Positions 56,919 to 64,000 of a stretch of DNA of 64,000 nt are shown here, piece after piece (positions within the stretch are counted from its first letter, which is position 1; every line of letters begins with the position of its first letter). The notes below the pieces were generated by a model. The model saw only the letters and a program-made list of their open reading frames with translations, was not told the DNA's origin and made no database searches. Source of the DNA: an uncultured bacterium (GTDB lineage Bacteria > Krumholzibacteriota > Krumholzibacteriia > Krumholzibacteriales > Krumholzibacteriaceae); assembly GCA_963786935.1 (NCBI GenBank), contig CAWBAN010000002.1:64001-128000 (forward strand). Reading direction: 5' to 3'. The position numbers and the translations under genes are program-made.

Positions 56919-58730
56919 ATGCGCCATCTCGGGGGCCGCGGAGCTGCGATGACGCTCTTGGCGCTCGTAGCGAGCGTTCTCGTCCTTTCGAGCTGCGAGA
57001 AGACGGTGACAGAGACCGAGTACGTGGAGGTGCCGGGATCGTGCAGCCAGCTCTACTCGTGGAAGTCGGTGTGGCCGCCGCTCACCTCGAACAGCTACTA
57101 CGCCGTATACGGCTCGTCCGAGAGCGACGTGTTCGCCGTCGGCGATTTCGGCAATATCGGGCATTTCAACGGAACGAGCTGGTCGCTCGCGAGCGCGGGA
57201 TTCGCCGGCGGATTCCGCGACGTCTGGATGAGCTCGGCGACGAGCGGGTACGCGGTGGGAGACGGCGGAGCGTATAAATACAACGGGACATCGTGGAGCC
57301 CCCTGTTCAATACGGGGAGCAGCTATTACACCTGTGTCTGGGGCTCCGGCGAGAACGACGTCTGGTGCGGCACCACGTCGAGCTACTTCTCACACTGGAA
57401 CGGGACGAGCTGGAGCACCGCGACGCTCGCGTCATACAACTACTTTCAGGACATGTGGGGTTCGGCCTCCAACGACATCTGGGCGGTGGGGCAGAGCGGC
57501 ACGACGAACCTCGCGACGGTCTGGCATTACAACGGAACGATCTGGTCGGATGTGACGCCGCCGGGGCTGACGAACAGCACGTTCTATTCGGTCTGGGGCA
57601 CGGCTTCGAACAACGTGTACGTCGTCGGCGACGGATCGACGATCCGCCGCTGGAACGGCTCGTCGTGGGGCACCATGAGCACCACCGGCCTCCCGGCAAG
57701 CGATACCTTCAGGGCGATCCGCGGCAGGAGCGCGAGCGATATATACGCCGCGACATACGGCGTGATCTATCACTTCACCGGCTCGTCGTGGGCCGCGGAG
57801 GACATGAGCTCGCTTCAAATGTATCCGTACATTCACGACCTCTGGATCGGCCCGACGAGGCTGTTCGCCGTCGGGGAAGCCGGCACGGCCATCTCCTATG
57901 ACGGCGCCGAGTGGCGCAACGAAAACGGCGGCCGGTGGCACCAGCTGCAGGATGTCTGGACGGGGGGGCCGAATGAAGCCGTCGCCGTCGGATGGGACGG
58001 AGCGGTTCTCGAGTACGACGGCACGACCGTCACCGACATGAGCGTGCCGAGCGCGCCGAACAACTTCTACGGAATAGCGGGGAGCCACGACAATCTCTAT
58101 GTCGTCGGCAACGCGGGCCGGGTGCTGCACTACGACGGGAGCTCGTGGGGGGACATCACCGACACGGACGTCACGACGAGCTCGCTGATGGACGTCTGGG
58201 CCTCCGGAACGGAGGCCTTCGTGGTCGGCTCCGGCGGCACGATCGTCCGGATAACCGGCACGACGCTCGCCTCGATGGAGAGCGGCACGATCAAAGAGCT
58301 CTACGGAGTATGGGGATCGTCGACGAGCGACGTGTTCGCGGTGGGAGAGAGCGGGACGATCCTGCACTACGACGGGAGCTCCTGGAGCGCGATGGACTCG
58401 GGCGGCTACGACGACTACTTTCTCAGTGTCGCGGGGAGCGGACCGAACGACGTGTACGCGATCTGCTCGCGGGGATTCATGCTCCACTACGACGGCTCGA
58501 CGTGGGAACGGATGCCGACCCCGATCAGCTCGTCTCAGGCCCGCCTCTGGATGTCCGGGCCCAAGGATCTGTTCGGCTTCTCGTACAACTTCGTCTACCA
58601 CTTCGACGGGGCGAGCTGGGTCGCTTTTCCGTACATGACGAACACGACGCTGAATAACATCGCGGGGAGCGGGCCGTCGAACGTATTCGCCGTCGGAAAT
58701 TACAGCACGATTCTGCGGTACGGGCCGTAG
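56919..58730 (+). CDS. Beta-propeller repeat lipoprotein
   Basis: Lipobox LSSC; roughly 14 repeats of 'VWGS..DV.AVG..G.I.HYDG.SW'. Confidence 0.8.
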   Translation: MRHLGGRGAAMTLLALVASVLVLSSCEKTVTETEYVEVPGSCSQLYSWKSVWPPLTSNSYYAVYGSSESDVFAVGDFGNIGHFNGTSWSLASAGFAGGFRDVWMSSATSGYAVGDGGAYKYNGTSWSPLFNTGSSYYTCVWGSGENDVWCGTTSSYFSHWNGTSWSTATLASYNYFQDMWGSASNDIWAVGQSGTTNLATVWHYNGTIWSDVTPPGLTNSTFYSVWGTASNNVYVVGDGSTIRRWNGSSWGTMSTTGLPASDTFRAIRGRSASDIYAATYGVIYHFTGSSWAAEDMSSLQMYPYIHDLWIGPTRLFAVGEAGTAISYDGAEWRNENGGRWHQLQDVWTGGPNEAVAVGWDGAVLEYDGTTVTDMSVPSAPNNFYGIAGSHDNLYVVGNAGRVLHYDGSSWGDITDTDVTTSSLMDVWASGTEAFVVGSGGTIVRITGTTLASMESGTIKELYGVWGSSTSDVFAVGESGTILHYDGSSWSAMDSGGYDDYFLSVAGSGPNDVYAICSRGFMLHYDGSTWERMPTPISSSQARLWMSGPKDLFGFSYNFVYHFDGASWVAFPYMTNTTLNNIAGSGPSNVFAVGNYSTILRYGP

Positions 58731-58785
58731 AGGACCGCGGCGGACGCGGATGGGGACCGAGAGGCGAAAGCGAGGAGATACGCGA

Positions 58786-59703
58786 ATGAACATGACGCGG
58801 GCGGGCCGGCGCATTTCGGCCGCGGCAATCGTTGCAGCATGTGGAATCTTCGTGCTCGCTGCGCTCGCAGGCTGCGGCGCTCGGCGCGCGGAGAGCTTCG
58901 CCGGCTCGGGGACGCTCGAGGCGACCGAGGTGACGGTTGCGGCGCAGACCCCCGGGCAGATTCTCCGTCTCGGCGCGGACGAGGGGGACGCCGTCGCGGC
59001 GGGGGACACGCTCGCCGTTCTCGACGTCGAGAAGCTCGCGCTCCAGCGGCGCCAGCTCCTCGCGAACATCGACGAGATACGGGCGAACCGGAAGCCCGCG
59101 CTCGAGACGGTGCGGCAGGCCGAGGATAATCTCGCGAACATCGAAAAAACCTACGAGCGCGTTGCGAAGCTCTCCGAGCAGGGCTCGGCGAGCCAGCAGG
59201 AGTACGACGACGTCTCGACGAAATACCGCGTTGCCAAGAGCCAGCTCGCCTCCGCGAAGGCGCAGGTGGCCGCGCTCGACGCGCGCGAGGCGACGGTGCG
59301 CGCCTCGATCGCGCTCCTCGACCGGCAGATCAGGGACGGCGTCGTGACGGCGCCGCTCTCGGGGGTCGTCACGGAGAAGTACGTCGAGCCCGGCGAGCTC
59401 GCGGCGGCCGGAAGCGCCGTGTTCAAGATCGCCGACACGAAGCGGTTCTGGATCAAGGTTTACGTCTCGGAGCGCGACCTCGGGCTCTTCGCCGTCGGCG
59501 CCACCGCCGAGGTGCGCGTTGACGCGCACCCGGAGCCCTTGGCGGGGAAAGTGGCGTGGGTGTCCCCCGCGGCCGAGTTCACGCCGAAAAACGTCGAGAC
59601 GAAGGACGCCCGCGCGGAGCTCGTCTACGCGGTCAAGGTCATGATCGATAATCCCCCCGCCGTGCTCAAGATCGGCATGCCCGCCGAGGTGCACATCAAA
59701 TGA
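58786..59703 (+). CDS. HlyD-family membrane fusion protein (YbhG-like)
   Basis: 'SGTLEA', 'EGD.V..G', coiled coil, 'AP.SG.V', 'AEFTPKNV', 'LKIGMP'. Confidence 0.9.
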   Translation: MNMTRAGRRISAAAIVAACGIFVLAALAGCGARRAESFAGSGTLEATEVTVAAQTPGQILRLGADEGDAVAAGDTLAVLDVEKLALQRRQLLANIDEIRANRKPALETVRQAEDNLANIEKTYERVAKLSEQGSASQQEYDDVSTKYRVAKSQLASAKAQVAALDAREATVRASIALLDRQIRDGVVTAPLSGVVTEKYVEPGELAAAGSAVFKIADTKRFWIKVYVSERDLGLFAVGATAEVRVDAHPEPLAGKVAWVSPAAEFTPKNVETKDARAELVYAVKVMIDNPPAVLKIGMPAEVHIK

Positions 59704-60620
59704 GCGACCCCGCCGTCAGGGTCGAAGACGTCACGAAAAGTCACGGGGCCACGCGCGCGCTCTTGTCGGTGAGCCTCGCCGTCGAGCCGGGAGAGATGTT
59801 CGGGCTCATCGGGCCCGACGGCGCCGGGAAGACCACCCTCATGCGCATTCTCGCCACGCTCGTCGACGCCGACGCGGGGGAGGCGTGGGTGCTCGGTCAC
59901 TCCGTCCGGACGGCGGCCGCGCGCGTGCGCGAGCTCGTCGGCTACATGCCGCAGCATTTCTCCCTCTACTCGGATCTCACCGTCGCCGAGAACATCAAGT
60001 TCTTCGCCGATCTTTTCGGGGTGCCGCGCGCCGAGCGCGAGGAACGCACGAGGGAGCTGCTCGATTTCAGCCGCCTCGGGCCTTTCGTGAAGCGCCGCGC
60101 GGGGGCGCTCTCGGGCGGGATGAAGCAGAAGCTCGCCCTCTCGTGCGCGCTCATCCACACGCCGCGGCTCCTCCTCCTCGACGAGCCGACGACCGGCGTG
60201 GATCCCGTGTCGCGGCGCGATTTCTGGGAAATGCTCGAGCGGCTCCGCGCGCGCGGCGTGACGATCGTCGTTTCGACGCCGTACATGAACGAGGCCGCCC
60301 TCTGCGGGCATATGGCTTTTATTCACAAAGGGGAGATCCTCGCCTCGGGGACGGTCGGCGAGATCACGGCGCTCTTCGAGGGAACGGTGATCGCGGCCGA
60401 GGGGCCCGATCTCCATGCCGTCTCGGCGCGGCTCAGGGGCGCCGTCGAGCCCGAGCTCGTGCGGATCCTCGGCGACGAGGTGCAGGTGCTGGCGCTCGGC
60501 GAGCGGCGCGAGGCGGTGGCAGGTCTCGTCGAAGCGATGCGGCGCGAGGGCGTCGTGACGCGGAGCCGCGCGATTCCGCCGGGGATCGAGGACACGTTCG
60601 TCTCTCTCATGCGGGAGTGA
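59700..60620 (+). CDS. ABC transporter ATP-binding protein
   Basis: GPDGAGKTT, LSGGMKQ, LLDEPT. Confidence 0.93.
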   Translation: MSDPAVRVEDVTKSHGATRALLSVSLAVEPGEMFGLIGPDGAGKTTLMRILATLVDADAGEAWVLGHSVRTAAARVRELVGYMPQHFSLYSDLTVAENIKFFADLFGVPRAEREERTRELLDFSRLGPFVKRRAGALSGGMKQKLALSCALIHTPRLLLLDEPTTGVDPVSRRDFWEMLERLRARGVTIVVSTPYMNEAALCGHMAFIHKGEILASGTVGEITALFEGTVIAAEGPDLHAVSARLRGAVEPELVRILGDEVQVLALGERREAVAGLVEAMRREGVVTRSRAIPPGIEDTFVSLMRE

Positions 60621-60622
60621 GC

Positions 60623-61351
60623 ATGAACGGGCATTCCGTCGTCGTGAAAGATCTCGTGAAACGCTTCGGCGAATTCACCGCCGTCGATCGGGTCTCGTTC
60701 GAGGTCCGCGCGGGCGAGATCTTCGGGCTCCTCGGCGCGAACGGCGCGGGGAAAACGACGACGATCCGCATGCTCGCGGGGCTCCTGCGCCCGACGTCGG
60801 GAGGCGGCACGGTCGACGGCTGGGACGTCAACGCGCAGTACGAGCGCATCAAGAGAAGCATCGGCTACATGTCGCAGCGGTTCTCCCTTTACAACGATCT
60901 GACGGTGAAGGAGAACCTCGATTTCTTCGGAGGTGTCTACGGCCTGAGCCGCGCGCGCATCGGCGAGCGGACGGCGGAGCTGAACGCCGATCTCGGGCTC
61001 GCCGAATGGCTCGGCCGGCGCACGGGCTCGCTCCCGCTCGGATTCAAGCAGCGGCTCGCGCTCGGCGCGGCCATTCTCCACAAGCCGGCGATCGTCTTCC
61101 TCGACGAGCCGACCTCGGGTGTCGATCCGATCGCTCGGCGCCATTTCTGGGAGATCATCAACTCGCTCGCCACCGGCGGCGTGACGATCATCGTGACCAC
61201 GCACTATATGGACGAGGCGGAGTACTGCAACCGGCTCTGCATCATGCACGCGGCGAAGATCGTGAGCCTCGGTTCGCCGGCGGAGCTGAAATCGCGGCAC
61301 GGCACGCACTCGATCGAGGACGTGTTCGTGCAGCTCGTGAGGGGCGCATGA
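60623..61351 (+). CDS. ABC transporter ATP-binding protein (second, degenerate signature)
   Basis: GANGAGKTT, LPLGFKQR, FLDEPT, TTH; split YbhF-like pair. Confidence 0.93.
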   Translation: MNGHSVVVKDLVKRFGEFTAVDRVSFEVRAGEIFGLLGANGAGKTTTIRMLAGLLRPTSGGGTVDGWDVNAQYERIKRSIGYMSQRFSLYNDLTVKENLDFFGGVYGLSRARIGERTAELNADLGLAEWLGRRTGSLPLGFKQRLALGAAILHKPAIVFLDEPTSGVDPIARRHFWEIINSLATGGVTIIVTTHYMDEAEYCNRLCIMHAAKIVSLGSPAELKSRHGTHSIEDVFVQLVRGA

Positions 61352-62460
61352 AGGCGACGCGCATACAGGCGCTCGCGCGCAAGGAGCTCAGGCACATCCT
61401 GCGCGATCCGCGATCGCTCTGGATCATCTTCATGCTTCCGAACGTGATGATGTTCCTCTTCGGCTACGCGATCAACCTCGACCTCCGGAACGTCCCCCTC
61501 GGCGTCTGCGACCTGAGCCGCACGCCGCAGAGCCGCGCGCTCGTCGAGGCGATCGACGCGTCGACCTATTTCTCCGTCGCCGAGCGCTTCGAGGATCCCG
61601 CCGAGGCGGGGCGTTTCTTCGAGCGGCGGACGATCCGCGCCGCGGTGATCGTGCCGCGCGATTTCGCGCGCGCGCTCGAGCGCGAGGTACGCGCCACGCT
61701 CGGCGTCGTGATCGACGGGAGCGACGCGAACAGCGCATCGATCGTGCAGAACTACCTCGAGGCGTTCATCGCGGCGCGGGCGGTGGGCGGCGCGCCGCTC
61801 ATCGCCGCGCGGCCGGTCGTGTTGTACAACCGCGCGCTCGATTCGACGAACTTCATCGTGCCGGGGATCGTCGCGATCGTCATGATGATGCTCGGCGCGC
61901 TCCTCACGTCCGTCACCATAGCCCGCGAGAAGGAGTCGGGGACGATGGAGCAGATCCTCGTGAGCCCGATCCGCCCCTTCGAGGTGATCGCGGGGAAGAC
62001 GCTCCCGTATCTCGTGCTCGCCTTCTCGATCGCTATGATGATCGTCGCGGTGGGGCACTTCTGGTTCGGCGTGCCGTTCACGGGCTCGCCGGCGTCCCTC
62101 GTGCTCTACTCGCTGCTCTACCTCTTCACGGCGCTCGCGCTCGGCATCCTCATCTCGACGCTCGTTTCGACGCAGCAGGTCGCCATGATGATCTCGCTCA
62201 TGGTGACGCTGCTCCCGAGCATCATGCTCTCCGGATTCATCTTTCCCGTCGCCTCGATACCGCGCGCGCTCCAGTTCATTTCGTATGCCCTGCCGGCCAC
62301 GCACTTCCTCGTCATCGTGCGGGGGATCATGCTCAAGGGCAACACGCTCACGGATCTCTGGCCGCACGTGGCGGCCCTCGGCGCCCTCGGCTTCGTGCTC
62401 ACGGTCCTCGCCGTGAAGCGGTTCAGCCTGAAGCTCGGCGCGAAGGGGGGTGCGGCGTGA
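61348..62460 (+). CDS. ABC-2 permease (YbhS-like)
   Basis: 'KE..HI.RD.R', 'DGSD', 'REKESGTME', 'LSGFIFP'. Confidence 0.9.
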   Translation: MKATRIQALARKELRHILRDPRSLWIIFMLPNVMMFLFGYAINLDLRNVPLGVCDLSRTPQSRALVEAIDASTYFSVAERFEDPAEAGRFFERRTIRAAVIVPRDFARALEREVRATLGVVIDGSDANSASIVQNYLEAFIAARAVGGAPLIAARPVVLYNRALDSTNFIVPGIVAIVMMMLGALLTSVTIAREKESGTMEQILVSPIRPFEVIAGKTLPYLVLAFSIAMMIVAVGHFWFGVPFTGSPASLVLYSLLYLFTALALGILISTLVSTQQVAMMISLMVTLLPSIMLSGFIFPVASIPRALQFISYALPATHFLVIVRGIMLKGNTLTDLWPHVAALGALGFVLTVLAVKRFSLKLGAKGGAA

Positions 62461-63620
62461 ACGGCGTCATCCATCTCGTGCGCAAGGAGCTGCGGCAGAT
62501 CTTCCGCGACCGGCTCATGCTGCGCGTCATCTTTCTCATGCCGCTCATGCAGCTCTTCATCCTCGGATACGCGGTGACCTTCGACGTGAAGAACCTCGAC
62601 GTGCTCGTGATCGACCGCGACGGCACGGGCGCGAGCCGGGGGCTCGTCGACCGCTTCGAGCACAACGAGCATTTCGTCGTGAAGCGGATCGGGGATCCGG
62701 GCGCCGGGATCGAGGGGTATCTGCGCCGCGGCGAGGCCGTGATCGCGATCGTCATCCCGAGGGACTTCGGGCGGAGCCTCGAGACGGGGCGGCCGACCGA
62801 GATCGAGATCCTCCTCGACGGGTCGAACTCGAACACGGCCGGCATCGCGCTCGGCTACTGCAACCGGATCATCTACCGGTTCGCGGCGGACCGCGCCGCC
62901 GAGGGGCTCGCCCGCGCGCCGGGGGCGGGTCATGCGGCGGGGGCCGGGGGCGCGCCGGGGATCGCGCGCGCCGCGCGCTTCATCGAGCCCGAGACGCGCA
63001 TCTGGTACAACCCCGAGCTCAAGAGCGTCTATTTCATGATCCCGGGGATCATCGCGATTCTCCTCACGATCATCACGATGCTCCTCACGGGGCTCGCCAT
63101 CGTGAAGGAGCGCGAGACGGGAACGCTCGAGCAGCTGCTCGTCACGCCGCTCAAACCGTGGCAGATCATCGCGGGGAAGACGATTCCGTTCGCGATGCTC
63201 GGAATGGCCGAAATGGCGATCGCGACGACGGTGGGAGTGCTCTGGTTCGGCATCCCGATCGCGGGGAACGTGGCGCTCCTCGCGCTCCTCGGATTCACCT
63301 TCATCATCGCGACGCTCGGCCTCGGCGTCCTCATCTCGACCATCGCGGGCACGCAGCAGCAGGCGCTCTTCGTCACGTGGTTCTTCCTCCAGATATTCAT
63401 CATGCTCAGCGGGCTCTTCTACCCGATCGAGAACATGCCGCGCGCCGTGCAGACGATCACCGCGATCAACCCGCTCCGCTACTTCATCGCGATCAACCGC
63501 GAGATCTTCCTCAAGGGGGGCGGGCTCGATGTTCTCTGGCCCGAGCTGCGGTCGCTGCTTATAATAGGGGTGTGCGTGTTCGGGTTCGCGACGTTAAGGT
63601 TCCATAAGAGGGCGGGGTAA
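62457..63620 (+). CDS. ABC-2 permease (YbhR-like)
   Basis: 'KELRQIFRD', 'WYNP', 'KERETGTLEQLLVTP', 'PIENMP'. Confidence 0.9.
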   Translation: MNGVIHLVRKELRQIFRDRLMLRVIFLMPLMQLFILGYAVTFDVKNLDVLVIDRDGTGASRGLVDRFEHNEHFVVKRIGDPGAGIEGYLRRGEAVIAIVIPRDFGRSLETGRPTEIEILLDGSNSNTAGIALGYCNRIIYRFAADRAAEGLARAPGAGHAAGAGGAPGIARAARFIEPETRIWYNPELKSVYFMIPGIIAILLTIITMLLTGLAIVKERETGTLEQLLVTPLKPWQIIAGKTIPFAMLGMAEMAIATTVGVLWFGIPIAGNVALLALLGFTFIIATLGLGVLISTIAGTQQQALFVTWFFLQIFIMLSGLFYPIENMPRAVQTITAINPLRYFIAINREIFLKGGGLDVLWPELRSLLIIGVCVFGFATLRFHKRAG

Positions 63621-64000
63621 ATGCATCGGAGGTGTGCCGTGCACGCGCTCGGGCTTGTTTTCTGCTTGATGGCAGCTGTTCTCGGCGGCGCAAGCGCTCC
63701 GACGGACGCCTCCTGGCGGACGCTCGCGCCCGGATTGGATATCGGAATCTTCGCGGCGACCGGGTCACCCGGGAGCGCATCGGGCGGCAGCGGCACGGGG
63801 CGGATCACGGTGCTGCGCATCGATCCGGCCCGATGGGATCTGGAGTTCGCGGGGTTGAGCCAGGAGAAGGAAACGGCCGTCGGGCGCACCGCCAGGCAGT
63901 GGTCCAAGGAGCGTAAGTTCACGGCCGCCATCAACGCCGGCATGTTCGATCGCGATTACCGGACCCACATCGGGTACCTGCGGCACGGGAATCACGCGCA
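63621..64000 (+). CDS. Exported phosphodiester glycosidase (NAGPA)-like protein, partial
   Basis: Manual translation: signal peptide, 'WRTLAPGL', 'VLRIDP', 'AINAGMF'; open to the window end. Confidence 0.65.
   Translation, partial: MHRRCAVHALGLVFCLMAAVLGGASAPTDASWRTLAPGLDIGIFAATGSPGSASGGSGTGRITVLRIDPARWDLEFAGLSQEKETAVGRTARQWSKERKFTAAINAGMFDRDYRTHIGYLRHGNHA

Noticed and set aside
60623..61351. Inactive ABC ATPase because of the LPLG signature
   Set aside because: A degenerate signature is normal for the second domain of YbhF-type exporters.

Overview
High-GC bacterial chromosome segment containing the replication origin: hflX-gyrA-gyrB-dciA-recF-dnaN-[oriC]-dnaA on the minus strand, and rpmH-rnpA-yidD-yidC-jag-mnmE-mnmG-rsmG-[2x parS]-lipoprotein-parA-parB-M23-bactofilin on the plus strand. 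The gene content (diderm porins, PorV-like barrels, anaerobic Fe-S and corrinoid genes) suggests an anaerobic FCB-group-like organism; this is inference only. The left 24 kb is accessory and holds the most interesting signal. An in-frame TGA (6172-6174, minus) sits exactly where the adjacent tandem paralog has the first Cys of a CGC motif, and a SECIS-like hairpin follows it. The two split ORFs therefore probably form one 360-aa exported DUF1573-type selenoprotein (UGC motif), encoded in a Cys-paralog / Sec-paralog / TPR-thioredoxin operon. Divergent from this operon is an IscS homolog that has lost its PLP lysine, paired with an IscU carrying a double zinc ribbon. Other accessory features are an AsrA/AsrB-like module with a formate-dehydrogenase-like subunit lacking the catalytic Cys/Sec, a non-pyrrolysine MttB/corrinoid/homocysteine-methyltransferase operon, a dispersed palindromic repeat with tandemly amplified arms, and an unexplained ~90-nt hairpin. 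The right end encodes a Ser/Thr kinase, a sigma54-type hsp20 locus, PolX and a YbhGFSR-like ABC exporter. No rRNA, tRNA, CRISPR array, transposase or integrase was recognised. All calls come from motif recognition by eye; no database searches were run.
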